Positions 25,536 to 62,097 are shown, counted from the first letter of the stretch. The stretch is 64,000 nt of DNA from Tubiluchus corallicola (GCA_030141605.1 JAQGDQ010000322.1:205623-269622), one strand, 5' to 3'. Numbers and translations are program-made. The notes: a model not told the origin generated them from the letters alone.

Positions 25536-28500
25536 AGGAGAGGAGAGAGAGAGGGAGAGAGAGAGAGAGAGGGGGGCTGGAGGGAGGGAGGCTGAGAGAA
25601 AGAGAGAAAGGGAGGAGAGGAAGAGAGAGAGAGAGAGGGGGAGAGGGAGAGAGAGAGGGGGAGAGGGAGAGAGAGGGGGGGGAGGAGAGGAGAGAGAGAG
25701 AGAGAGAAAGGAGAAAGAGAAACAGAGAAAGAGAGAGAGAGAAAGAGGGAGATAGAGAGAGAAAGGGAGAGGGAGAGAGAAAGACAGACAGAGAGAGAGG
25801 GGAGGGAGAGGGAGAGAGAGAGAGAGAAAGAGGGAGAGAGAGAGAGAAAGGGAGAGAGAGAGAGAGAAGGGGAGGAGAGGAGAGGAGAGGAGAGGAGAGA
25901 GAGAGAGATGTTAATTTTTTTATTTTTTCCATGGCAGAGGTTTAGATGCATACGCAAGGGTCTGGGATCTGAGGACAGGATGCTGTGTCATGTTTCTTGA
26001 GGGTCATCTCAAATCCATTCTAGCCGTTGATTTCTCGCCAAATGGGTGAGTATTACTGGCACGAGTCATGATGCGCTTTTAAAATGTTTCACGTGGTTCG
26101 CTTGTGTTGTTTGCAAACATTTTAAGGTACAGTAAAACACTACCTTAAAGTAAAACCGTACCTAATCTTAAACTGCAGTTAAAAACAATCTGTTCTGTAA
26201 AATATTGAAGGCAAACATCTATTTTTCAAAGAATGCATTACGCGAAAGAATTATTACCACACAAACACAATTTCACGTTCGCGACCTTAGTTCTTTGCGT
26301 TATGTGCATTTCGTCATTCACGAGTTAGACAGGCACTAGTGCTTGCATTTTGGAAATGTGTTGCACAATAAACAGGTGTTGTACCTCTCGGTTCAGATGT
26401 GCTCATTTGTGACATGCTGCACACATTTGACAGCTTATACATGAGTACAGCGGTAAATTTGAAATTTGAATTTTTATCCTAAAACTTGCCTAGCCGAGCA
26501 TAACATCTTGCTTGCGAAGCAATTATTTTTGCACCATTCCAAGCAGATTGCACAGGCTTAACATGGACAGAAATTTATATGATCTCGTAATGTTGTGAAG
26601 TTGTTTGTCTAATTTAATTGATTACCAGGCTGTTGGCTGACTGAACTACTAAATTATGTAATTGTAAATAAAACTAACGTTGTGGATCAAACCAACACGG
26701 TTTCTGGGCAAAATGATGACAAATTGCATTCAGTGTTTGCATTTTCTGTTATTTACTTTGATAAACAGTAAGCTAGCCATTGTTCAATGACAGCTGAGGC
26801 AACTTATTCAATAGATAATGCGAGGCTACGAAAATATGCGGCGCTTTTCTTGTGCTGATCACTCACACGTGATGACACAGTTAACTGCTTGCGTTATTCA
26901 GTAGTGTCTTTTCCTTTGCTGATCACTCACATGTGATGACACAGTTAACTGCTTGCATTATTCAGTAGTGTCTTTTCCCTTGCTGATCACTCACACGTGA
27001 TGACACAGTTAACTGCTTGCATTATTCAGTAGTGTCTTTTCCTTTGCTGATCACTCACACGTGATGACACAGTTAACTGCTTGCATTATTCAGTAGTGTC
27101 TTTTCCTTTGCTGATCACTCACATGTGATGACACAGTTAACTGCTTGCATTATTCAGTAGTGTCTTTTCCTTTGCTGATCACTCACATGTGATGACACAG
27201 TTAACTGCTTGCATTATTCAGTAGTGTCTTTTCCTTTGCTGATCACTCACATGTGATGACACAGTTAACTGCTTTCATTATTCAGTAGTGTCTTTTCCTT
27301 TGCTGATCACTCACACGTGATGACACAGTTAACTGCTTGCATTATTCAGTAGTGTCTTTTCCTTTGCTGATCACTCACACGTGATGACACAGTTAACTGC
27401 TTACGTTATTCAGTAGTGTCTTTTCCTTTGCTGATCACTGACACAGTTAACTGTTTACGTTATTCAGTAGTGTCTTTTCCTTTGCCGATCACTCACATGT
27501 GATGACACAGTTAACTGCTTGCATTATTCAGTAGTGTCTTTTCCTTTGCTGATCACTCACACGTGATGACACAGTTAACTGCTTGCATTATTCAGTAGTG
27601 TCTTTTTCTTTGCTGATCACTCACACGTGATGACACAGTTAACTGCTTGCATTATTCAGTAGTGTCTTTTCCTTTGCTGATCACTCACATGTGATGACAC
27701 AGTTAACTGCTTGCATTATTCAGTAGTGTCTTTTCCTTTGCTGATCACTCACATGTGATGACACAGTTAACTGCTTGCATTATTCAGTAGTGTCTTTTCC
27801 TTTGCTGATCACTCACATGTGATGACACAGTTAACTGCTTTCATTATTCAGTAGTGTCTTTTCCTTTGCTGATCACTCACACGTGATGACACAGTTAACT
27901 GCTTGCATTATTCAGTAGTGTCTTTTCCTTTGCTGATCACTCACACGTGATGACACAGTTAACTGCTTGCATTATTCAGTAGTGTCTTTTCCTTTGCTGA
28001 TCACTCACATGTGATGACACAGTTAACTGCTTTCATTATTCAGTAGTGTCTTTTCCTTTGCTGATCACTCACATGTGATGACACAGTTAACTGCTTTCAT
28101 TATTCAGTAGTGTCTTTTCCTTTGCTGATCACTCACACGTGATGACACAGTTAACTGCTTGCATTATTCAGTAGTGTCTTTTCCTTTGCTGATCACTCAC
28201 ACGTGATGACACAGTTAACTGCTTACGTTATTCAGTAGTGTCTTTTCCTTTGCTGATCACTGACACAGTTAACTGTTTACGTTATTCAGTAGTGTCTTTT
28301 CCTTTGCCGATCACTCACATGTGATGACACAGTTAACTGCTTGCATTATTCAGTAGTGTCTTTTCCTTTGCTGATCACTCACACGTGATGACACAGTTAA
28401 CTGCTTGCATTATTCAGTAGTGTCTTTTTCTTTGCTGATCACTAACACGTGATGTCACAGTTAACTGCTTGCATTATTCAGTAGTGTGTTTTTCTTTGCT

Positions 28501-31500
28501 GATCACTAACATGTGATGACACAGTTAACTGCTTGCATTATTCAGTAGTGTCTTTTCCTTTGCTGATCACTCACACGTGATGACACAGTTAACTGCTTGC
28601 ATTATTCAGTAGTGTCTTTTCCTTTGCTGATCACTCACACGTGATGACACAGTTAACTGCTTGCATTATTCAGTAGTGTCTTTTCCTTTGCTGATCACTC
28701 ACACGTGATGACACAGTTAACTGCTTGCATTATTCAGTAGTGTCTTTTCCTTTGCTGATCACTCACACGTGATGACACAGTTAACTGCTTGCATTATTCA
28801 GTAGTGTCTTTTCCTTTGCTGATCACTCACATGTGATGACACAGTTAACTGCTTGCATTATTCAGTAGTGTCTTTTCCTTTGCTGATCACTCACATGTGA
28901 TGACACAGTTAACTGCTTGCATTATTCAGTAGTGTCTTTTCCTTTGCTGATCACTCACACGTGATGACACAGTTAACTGCTTGCATTATTCAGTAGTGTC
29001 TTTTCCTTTGCTGATCACTCACATGTGATGACACAGTTAACTGCTTGCATTATTCAGTAGTGTCGTGATGACACAGTTAACTGCTTGCATTATTCAGTAG
29101 TGTCTTTTCCTTTGCTGATCACTCACACGTGATGACACAGTTAACTGCTTGCATTATTCAGTAGTGTCTTTTCCTTTGCTGATCACTCACATGTGATGAC
29201 ACAGTTAACTGCTTTCATTATTCAGTAGTGTCTTTTCCTTTGCTGATCACTCACATGTGATGACACAGTTAACTGCTTTCATTATTCAGTAGTGTCTTTT
29301 CCTTTGCTGATCACTCACACGTGATGACACAGTTAACTGCTTGCATTATTCAGTAGTGTCTTTTCCTTTGCTGATCACTCACACGTGATGACACAGTTAA
29401 CTGCTTACGTTATTCAGTAGTGTCTTTTCCTTTGCTGATCACTGACACAGTTAACTGTTTACGTTATTCAGTAGTGTCTTTTCCTTTGCCGATCACTCAC
29501 ATGTGATGACACAGTTAACTGCTTGCATTATTCAGTAGTGTCTTTTCCTTTGCTGATCACTCACACGTGATGACACAGTTAACTGCTTGCATTATTCAGT
29601 AGTGTCTTTTTCTTTGCTGATCACTAACACGTGATGTCACAGTTAACTGCTTGCATTATTCAGTAGTGTGTTTTTCTTTGCTGATCACTAACATGTGATG
29701 ACACAGTTAACTGCTTGCATTATTCAGTAGTGTCTTTTCCTTTGCTGATCACTCACACGTGATGACACAGTTAACTGCTTGCATTATTCGAGTAGTGTCT
29801 TTTCCTTTGCTGATCACTCACATGTGATGACACAGTTAACTGCTTGCATTATTCGAGTAGTGTCTTTTCCTTTGCTGATCACTCACACGTGATGACACAG
29901 TTAACTGCTTGCATTATTCAGTAGTGTCTTTTCCTTTGCTGATCACTCACATGTGATGACACAGTTAACTGCTTTCATTATTCAGTAGTGTCTTTTCCTT
30001 TGCTGATCACTCACATGTGATGACACAGTTAACTGCTTGCATTATTCAGTAGTGTCTTTTCCTTTGCTGATCACTCACATGTGATGACACAGTTAACTGC
30101 TTGCATTATTCAGTAGTGTCTTTTCCCTTGCTGATCACTCACACGTGATGACACAGTTAACTGCTTGCGTTATTCGAGTAGTGTCTTTTCCTTTGCTGAT
30201 CACTCACATGTGATGACACAGTTAACTGCTTGCATTATTCAGTAGTGTGTTTTTCTTTGCTGATCACTCACATGTGATGACACAGTTAACTGCTTGCATT
30301 ATTCAGTAGTGTGTTTTTCTTTGCTGATCACTCACATGTGATGACACAGTTAACTGCTTTCATTATTCAGTAGTGTCTTACCCTTTGCTGATCCACGATA
30401 CAAGCCTTGTCGTTAAGTGAGAAAAGGGTGTCAAGTGTTCAGTGTCGTAAAAACGAAACGTCGCTAAACACGGAGTCGGTTACACAAAGACTTAATGTAA
30501 TGACAACTTCTGATTATAACGTCTTGTATAAATTTATTCTGTTATCTATTCATTTCAAGCCATTTTGCCGTTCCGTCTGTGTTAATAGCAAAATCATTTT
30601 TCAGCTATCAGTTAGCTACTGGAAGTGAAGACAATACAGCTAAAATCTGGGATGTCAGACACAGGAAATGTCTCTACACGATTCCTGCGCACAAAAACTT
30701 AGTTTCCAGGGTCAGATTCCAACGTGAGTGAAATCTGTTTGCTGTTTTCGACTTCTGTTTACGTTTAGGCCAACATAAAAATACTTCTATTTCCATTTAG
30801 TCGTTCGAGTAACATTTTTTTATCATCCACTTGGACGGAAATTTTAAAATATTTTTGCCTTTTAATATACTTACTTGATGCAGTAATATAAAAGTGTTTT
30901 TTTAATTTAAAACGTAAAACATAATAATTATTATAACATCATTCTTTCTTGGAACGAAGGACGCGGTTATATTTTTCCATGGCTAACTCTCGGCCAGGGT
31001 TGCCAATTTAAATGATGCTTATTGTATTGGAGGCTAAAAAGTATCAAATTTTCCGCCAAATCGGTGTATTAACAGCCAGACAGCCAAAAATTTAAAACAT
31101 TACTGCTAACCAGTGGAAAATAAACAACTTTGATTTGAATTGATTTTAAATATTCCAGCTTTAAACATTTACAAAGCTTTAAAAAACATTTTCCTCTCTT
31201 CTACTGACATCTTTTGAGCTCATGAGGTAAGACAGAAGCGATTTTTTGTGTGTGGCCGGCCTTTTTCGTTTGGTGCGAATTATTGCCAGTTTAGGTGAAC
31301 ATTTTGTTTACATTAATGCTGTGCGCTTTTAAGCGTGTCATAGTGTCCTAAATGATTGACGTGGTAGTGGCAGTGGTTCAATGCCTTGCTTGGCTGGGGA
31401 ATATACCTCAGGCACAAGAACGGCTGGAATTACGTCAAACAAAAGACAGTTATTTTCAGAGCGACTGAACGCGTAGCTGTAAAAAATGGTGTAAATGTCT

Positions 31501-33500
31501 TTGCTGCTTAAATTTATCTATGCGTTTCGTTATGAATAGAAATTATTGATGTATTTATTCAGGTGTTAATGGAGATTACTTGCTGACGAGTTCGTATGAT
31601 AACACAGCAAAGGTAAGAATCGTTTTTCCCACGATGTTTGTAAAAATTTCTTCTTTGTAATCATATCGTATGTAGTTGGTTATTTTTTCTTTATTTTTAT
31701 CGATTTTTGTCTAATATTACTAAATTATTACACTCTTGGGATGAGGGGAATAATAATAAATGGTCCCAGCATGTGCAAGGCAGCCAAAGTTAGGCAATAT
31801 CAAGCCTGGTTGGTAGACGTAAAGGTGACCTCCAGCAAACATTTTTCTAAGCAGCTTCTTCTGCTATACTGTCCGACCAAGTGAGGTTGTACTGTATGCT
31901 ATTAAGCACGGCTAAGAATCGTCTACGCTTTAAACTGAAATATTATCCTTAACTCCTTCAGGACTGCACAGTTCAAACCTATAACTTTTCTGCTACTGTA
32001 TGAGTACAGACATAACTAAATAATTACATATTAAGCACTGTTTTATTCAGGAGAATCTGTTATCCATTCGTGCTATTTGTTTAAACATTTATAAGTGATT
32101 TAATTGGATAAAATTAAGAAAAAGACGATCTCTTCACGCACTCCAACTTAGCCTATCTAGTGGCTTAGTCTGGTGTACACTTGCGTGATCGTACACACTA
32201 TTTTATTGATTACCTGCTTCCCACAGCCCAAGAGAACTGTCTCCTGTACAGAGTTCCAGGAAAAACCAATCGTTCAGCCAAGGAGAAATTAAGGTTGTTT
32301 TATTTTTAACAGGAACTTCTCTTTAAAAATAGAGTAGACTTGAGTCCAAAGTTTGTTGTGTCTGGATAGTTGAAATTTTCTGCATTAGTGACTTCACACA
32401 AGTGATACTGTACTTTGTTACAGTGTAAACACTGCAGTTACTGAAAGCTTTTTTCAATTCTTTTTATCAAAAATCGATTTTCAATATGTCTAAGAAAATG
32501 CACTTCATAAATAATTTTGCATGAAAATCCCTTGTGTGAGGAGTAGAAACCTACAAAAATTACGAAATATAATGTAATTGCTGCTTAGTGAGAGCAGTTT
32601 TTCATGAACCAGTGCAAAATGTAGCAAATGCTTACAGTCCTGAAAGAGTTAACAATGAGTTAAAGTCCAGTCTTCTACAACTATTGAATGAGTCCCCATT
32701 GTTGAGTACTGGTTCATGGCTTCGTGGTGTTGACTGAATGAGTCCCCATTGTTGAGTACTGGTTCATGGCTTCGTGGTGTTGCCTGAACGAGTCCCCATT
32801 GTTGAGTACTGGTTCATGGTGTTGCCTGAATGAGTCCCCATTGTTGAGTACTGGTTCATGGCTTCGTGGTGTTGCCTGAATGAGTCCCCATTGTTGAGTA
32901 CTGGTTCATGGCTTCGTGGTGTTGCCTGAACGAGTCCCCATTGTTGAGTACTGGTTCATGGCTTCGTGGTGTTGCCTGAATGAGTCCCCATTGTTGAGTA
33001 CTGGTTCATGGCTTCGTGGTGTTGCCTGAATGAGTCCCCATTGTTGAGTACTAGTTCATGGCTTCTTGGTGTTGCCTGAATGAGTCACCATTGTCGAGTA
33101 CTGGTTCATGGCTTCGTGGTGTTGCCTGAATGTGTCCCCATTGTTGAGTACTAGTTCATGGCTTCTTGGTGTTGCCTTACTAAATTCTCTTATAGAGCAA
33201 CGGACTGCATGAGTTTTTCACTCTGCTGTTCATTCTATTCTATTTTTTGTTTCAAATTCTTTTGCATTTGCTTAAGTAGCTGTAGATTTCTTTTGTTTTG
33301 TCTTGTAAATTTGTTTTCTAACTGGCATTTTAGAGTTTTGTGATTCCTGATTTTAGATTTGGTCACATCCTGGTTGGTCACCATTGAAGACCTTAGCTGG
33401 ACATGAAGGGAAGGTCATGTATGCAGATATATCACCTGACAATAAATACATTGTCACGTCATCGTACGATAGAACGTTTAAGCTGTGGGCTCACGAGTGA
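11176..33500 (+). CDS. PRPF4: U4/U6 snRNP protein Prp4 (WD40), complete, 11 coding exons
   Basis: GT-AG exons 11176-11359, 12950-13026, 13375-13447, 17602-17809, 20243-20425, 21218-21400, 24384-24599, 25938-26045, 30605-30723, 31563-31612, 33357-33500 join in frame: [46 protein letters not shown] (PRP4/SFM motif), [23 protein letters not shown], then WD40 repeats ending [11 protein letters not shown]. Confidence 0.96.
12255..12530. mobile_element. LINE 3' fragment with 81-bp inverted duplication
   Basis: 12255-12335 is the reverse complement of 12362-12442; plus strand reads [46 protein letters not shown], resembling CR1/L2-group ORF2 C-termini. Confidence 0.65.
13040..13170. repeat. (CT)n/(CA)n microsatellite
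   Basis: Visible directly downstream of PRPF4 exon 2. Confidence 0.9.
13575..17085. repeat. 72-bp minisatellite (~3.5 kb) in PRPF4 intron 3
   Basis: Unit GGAAAGAACAAGTCACTCAGTATGTTGGGTTTATTTTACTGTTGTCACTTAAACTGTTTGTGGTGTGCTAGA; explains the Cys-rich 562/228/312-aa ORFs. Confidence 0.97.
18520..19547. repeat. 85-86-bp minisatellite
   Basis: Unit AAACCACTGGTCAAGTGATTACATGTTTAGCTTCCAGAAA...GACAGATTCAAAGC, about 12 copies. Confidence 0.95.
19816..20190. repeat. 17-bp minisatellite
   Basis: Unit TACTGTACTATTGTGTC, about 22 copies. Confidence 0.95.
21488..23330. mobile_element. Cluster of TTAA-ended dispersed repeat copies (same family as 1205-2265; left end also related to 4243-4330)
   Basis: Shared blocks GTAAAATGTCACTG, GTGCACCACTGATTCACT, CTAAACTTGT.TCAAA, GAGTT(T)AAATTTACA.GTTTT; ends TAAAGGAG... 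and ...GTACTTTAA. Confidence 0.6.
23485..23947. mobile_element. MITE with 13-bp perfect TIRs (hAT-like ends)
   Basis: Starts CAGGGATGAGAAT, ends ATTCTCATCCCTG. Confidence 0.8.
25360..25908. repeat. Polypurine (GA/GGA) tract
   Basis: About 550 bp almost purely G/A; source of the SLSL/ERER ORFs. Confidence 0.95.
26850..30392. repeat. 64-bp minisatellite (~3.5 kb) in PRPF4 intron 8
   Basis: Unit TTGCTGATCACTCACACGTGATGACACAGTTAACTGCTTGCATTATTCAGTAGTGTCTTTTCCT, about 55 copies. Confidence 0.97.
31770..31835 (+). mobile_element. Degraded 5S-derived fragment (old SINE3-like head)
   Basis: CCAAAGTTAGGCAATATCAAGCCTGGTTGGTAGACGTAAAGGTGACCTCC aligns without gaps to the 5S internal control region CCGAAGTTAAGCAACGCAGAGCCTGGTTAGTACTTGGATGGGTGACCGCC. 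Confidence 0.5.
32685..33177. repeat. 50-bp minisatellite
   Basis: Unit TGAATGAGTCCCCATTGTTGAGTACTGGTTCATGGCTTCGTGGTGTTGCC, about 10 copies. Confidence 0.95.
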
Positions 33501-33518
33501 AACATGACAGAACATTTG

Positions 33519-35042
33519 AAGCGTCCAGCATGATCAGTGGAATAGCTTTGCCAGTGAGTGTCCAGCATGGTCAGTGGAACAGCTTTGCCAGTGAACGTCC
33601 AGCATGATCAGTGGAATAGCTTTGTCAGTGAGTGTCCAGCATGGTCAGTGGAACAGCTTTGCCAGTGAGCGTACAGCATGGTCAGTGGAATAGCTTTGTC
33701 AGTGAGTGTCCAGCATGGTCAGTGGAATAGCTTTGTCAGTGAGCATCCAGCATGATCAGTGGAATAGCTTTGTCAGTGAGTGTCCAGCATGGTCAGTGGA
33801 ATAGCTTTGTCAGTGAGCATCCAGCATGGTCAGTGGAATAGCATTGTCAGTGAGTGTCCAGCATGGTCAGTGGAATAGCTTTGTCAGTGAGCATCCAGCA
33901 TGGTCAGTGGAATAGCATTGTCAGTGAGTGTCCAGCATGGTCAGTGGAATAGCTTTGTCAGTGAGCGTCCAGCATGATCAGTGGAACAGCTTTGTCAGTG
34001 AGTGTCCAGCATGGTCAGTGGAATAGCTTTGTCTGCGAGCGTCCAGCATGGTCAGTGGAATAGCTTTATGAGCGAGAGGCCAGCATGGTCAGTGGAATAG
34101 CTTTGTCAGTGAGCGTCCAGCATGGTCAATGGAACAGCTTTGCCAGTGAGCGTCCAGCATGGTCAATGGAACAGCTTTGCCAGTGAGCGTCCAGCATGGT
34201 CAGTGGAACAGCTTTGCCATTGAGCGTCCAGCATGGTCAGTGGAATAGCTTTCTCAGTGAGCGTCCAGCATGGTCAGTGGAACAGCTTTGCCATTGAGCG
34301 TCCAGCATGGTCAGTGGAATAGCTTTCTCAATGAGCGTCCAGCATGGTCAGTGGAATAGCTTTCTCAATGAGCATCCAGCATGGTCAGTGGAATAGCTTT
34401 CTCAATGAGCGTCCAGCATGGTCAGTGGAATAGCTTTCTCAATGAGCATCCAGCATGGTCAGTGGAATAGCTTTCTCAATGAGTATCCAGCATGGTCAGT
34501 GGAACAGCTTTCTCAATGAGCATACAGCATGGTCAGTGGAATAGCTTTCTCAATGAGTATCCAGCATGGTCAGTGGAACAGCTTTCTCAATGAGCATCCA
34601 GCATGGTCAGTGGAATAGCTTTCTCAATGAGTATCCAGCATGGTCAGTGGAACAGCTTTCTCAATGAGCATACAGCATGGTCAGTGGAATAGCTTTCTCA
34701 ATGAGTATCCAGCATGGTCAGTGGAACAGCTTTCTCAATGAGCATACAGCATGGTCAGTGGAATAGCTTTCTCAATGAGCATCCAGCATGATCAGTGGAA
34801 CAACTTTTTCAATGAGCGTCCAGCATGGTCAGTGGAACAGCTTTCTCAATGAGCGTCCAGCATGGTCAGTGGAACAGCTTTCTCAATGAGCATCCAGCAT
34901 GGTCAGTGGAACAGCTTTCTCAATGAGCATCCAGCATGGTCAGTGGAACAGCTTTGCCATTGAGCGTCCAGCATGGTCAGTGGAATAGCTTTCTCAATGA
35001 GCGTCCAGCATGGTCAGTGGAATAGCTTTCTCAATGAGCATC
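33519..35042. repeat. 37-bp minisatellite starting ~20 bp after the PRPF4 stop codon
   Basis: Unit GCGTCCAGCATGGTCAGTGGAATAGCTTTGTCAGTGA grading to ...TTTCTCAATGA; about 41 copies. Confidence 0.96.
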
Positions 35043-35063
35043 CTCATTCTTCGTCAGGTCCAC

Positions 35064-35338
35064 TTTTCTCAAGCAGGTCGTACTAAAGACCGGCACCCGT
35101 TCACACCGAGCATTCTGAGTATATCCGAGTGCATATAAGTTGAGTGTGCGTAATTTCACAAGCAGGTCGTACTAAAGACCGGCACCCGTTCACACCGAGC
35201 ATTCTGAGTATATCCGAGTGCATATAAGTTGAGTGTGCGTAATTTCTCAAGCAAGTCGTACTAAAGACCTGCACCCGTTCACACCGAGCATTCTGACTAT
35301 ATCCAAGTGCATATAAGTTGAGTGTGTGTAATTTCACA
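35064..35338. repeat. 89-bp tandem repeat, 3 copies
   Basis: AAGCAGGTCGTACTAAAGACCGGCACCCGTTCACACCGAGCATTCTG... at 35071, 35160 and about 35249. Confidence 0.9.
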
Positions 35339-36309
35339 GTGCTTAGTGGCTTTTTTAAACATTTTCAATGTATCACTTCTCTTATCTGTCTACCTTTTCT
35401 TATTTCTTATTAAATTTCAGGATTTGCAACTGAACAGGTATTAGCTGTCAACTTCACAACTTATTTGTGTAATTCTGCATAGTTAAGTGTTAGTCTTAAA
35501 TTGTAATTGTGCATAGTTAAATGTTAGTTTTAAATTGTAATTCTGTGTGGTTAAATGTTAGTTTTAAATTGTAATTCTGCATAGTTAAGTGTTAGTTTTA
35601 AATTGTAATTGTGCATAGGTAAATGTTAGTCTTAAATTATTCATATTTCAACTAGAATCATCAATAGCTACTTGCAAAATCATCCAATTCTAATTTTGTA
35701 TACTCAGGATAAATTATTGCTTTAACTATTTGTGCTGCATGTCTAGGTTCATCATAGTAAAGCAGTCTGTTGTATCTTGTACGACTCCCGGTAGATTACC
35801 AAGTCAAAATACTTGTTCTGTGTAGTGTGTTTTATTCAAAATGTTGTGCACGTATATAAGCTTAATGGGGACACGGGGGAATAGAAAACTTTAGTAGGAA
35901 TTTATGCTGTCAGGTTTGCTTTCTGTGTTTGTCAAATAATAACAGATGTTGAACTTTATTTTAATATAAAAACAGGCAAAGTAATTACTTGGTACGTAAA
36001 ATCATAAGTCGTGTCTTTCCCCTTATATTAAACTTTGAATTTCCTTAGCTACTACAATGTGTGATAGGTGTAATAAACATTTTCTAGAACTGAACGTTAT
36101 ATAAGCTGGAAGAAATTTGATTCTTTAATTTTAGTCCTTAAACTGTTTGTTAAACATTTGTTTGAATGTTTATATGTTGGCTAGATGAATAAATCCTGAA
36201 ATCTAATAATAACAATGATAACAATAACAATAATAATAACAATATGCTCTCAAACAATTACCATCTGCTGGGCACTTTTTACTCAAGTGATGAATATAAT
36301 CGAGTTGTC

Positions 36310-36372
36310 ACCGTGCAAGGTTAGCAACGGAAGTTAAGCAACGCTGGGCCTGTTAAGTGGATCGATAACCAA
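36310..36372 (+). mobile_element. Degraded 5S-derived fragment
   Basis: GTGCAAGG...CGGAAGTTAAGCAACGCTGGGCCTG matches 5S box A region; the same GTGCAAGG prefix precedes the 31770 copy. Confidence 0.45.
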
Positions 36373-36744
36373 ACTACCCTCTGGCTATTTATTACCTTGT
36401 TTAGAAAGGTTACGCACATCTGAATGTGGCTAAGACACTTCTACTTGTTCAATGTCTCATTTTAGAAGATTAACCTCAACAAATTTCTGTTGTTTGTTTG
36501 TTGTTGCGTCGTTCATTAATGTCCTGCATGGTCCAACTGGTATGCTATTAGCTTGTATCGCAAAGATTTCTGGTTCAAATTCGCGACGTTACAAAAGCAG
36601 ATTCGCAAAAATACAAATACCACTACAGTAGTTGAAATGTAATTTTATATAATAGGCAACTGGAAACTGTATACACCATACAGACCTGATATAAACAGTC
36701 GTGTCATAAACAATGTAGGTAAAATTGCTACGGAAAATTTCTTC

Positions 36745-37005
36745 AAGAAAACTATTCAACAAGCAAAGCAGACTGATGAACTTCAAACTAAACTCTTTCT
36801 CAAGAAAAGTGATAAACATATGGAACGACCTACTACGGGAAGCCATAGATGCTAGGAGCTTAAACTTATTCAAAAAGCAAAGCAGACCGAACCTGTAACT
36901 AAAGTCTTTTTCAAGGAAAGTGATAAATATGTGGAACGAGCTACCACAGGCGGCCATAGATGCTAAGAGCTTAAACTGTTTTAAAGGAAAAATAGACAAA
37001 TCCAT
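36745..37005 (+). mobile_element. LINE ORF2 3' fragment (CR1/L2 group), tandemly duplicated
   Basis: Two copies of FSRKVINI/MWND/EL..A(I)DAR/KSLN.FK, the typical FS.RV...WN.LP......S...FK..LD terminus. Confidence 0.7.
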
Positions 37006-38366
37006 GTAGTGTCATCTCAGACACTCGTACATGTAAACACCAATAAAAAAGCATCTCATTTTTGTGTAAGGGAAATTCTATCTTTAGCGTGATATGAAGT
37101 GTTTGCAGAATAAAGTTTCGACGTTAAAGAAAAGCCAGAAGACAAAGGTATCGCGTATTGCAAGTACCTGCCGAGAACTAAAAACATGTTTGCTCTTGAA
37201 ATGTGGGATTTTAATATAGCTAGACCGAAAGTTTTTTGTATCTAAAAAGTTTTCAAAAAGCATATTATTAAAAATTAGTGTTCTGTTGATCTTCACTGTA
37301 GTTCTTAGCTAGAGATAAAATAAATGCAAAGAACAATTGATTCAAACATCATGATGCAAATACTTACTTACAATAATGTTTCAATAACGCGCATATTGAA
37401 TTACAGTAACAATACAAAAAGGTTAGACGTTACATTGATTTCACAATTATGCTTGTTAGTATATACTTAATCTGTGCACAGTTACGTAGGCCTACTGTAT
37501 AAGTACTTTAGAGGACCTCTGTAAGGGTAACCTCTACGGAAAAAAACTGATCCTAGCAATTCAAGGACCAGACAGTTTTTTTCCGAGGCATCTCTATACC
37601 CTGCCTACGCTTTTATAAAATCGTATGCATTTAGGCGATGGTATATTCATATTAGTTCATCTGGTTAATGACGAGTGAAAGTTACGATTCACTTGGCTTT
37701 AAAGTTATTCATTATACAATTAAACTACAGAAAACTGCGTACTTACTATATACACAACGCTTCGTAACTAACCTTAACAAATTACAGTGGAATAAATCTA
37801 GTCTTAACTGTATATATAGAATAATTGCTCTATTGGAAATGCGTTTTCGACAATACTATGAAGTAATTATCAGGCAATGATTTTGATGAAAACTTTTAGC
37901 CCTAATTTAATTTTGATTGTAATACAAGTGTGACAGCGAATGCAGCAGTTTAATTATTAAACTCGACAACATTTTAATGTGACGTTTATTGATTGGCAAG
38001 TCAAACAGTAGTAGATTGAAATGACGTTAATAAGTTTACCAGGGAAAACAGATTGTCTCGTCAAATTACCCTGAAATAAAAGTTGATATGTTGACCGCAC
38101 GTTTGCACCTTTATTATTTACACGCCGGGTGTTGAATAATTGATTCATCTGCAAATGTTAGCTAAAATTGCTGTCGAGAACTCGCAACATCTCTGGCTTC
38201 TCTCGCTCAATGGCTGAATTTATCCCATATTGATCTGCCTCTCTCTACAGTTTCATGACAAGCCTGGCGGCGGTAAGCGACGATATTTTCGACACAAACA
38301 CGCGAAAACGGAAAGAGATGCTCGCTCGGCTGAAGAGGTGCCCATAATCTTCGCAAGAATCCACCA

Positions 38367-62097
<23,731 letters not shown>

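Noticed and set aside
25295-25957. SLSL / ERER ORFs (also 39847-40288 and 62225-62897)
   Set aside because: Translations of GA microsatellites.
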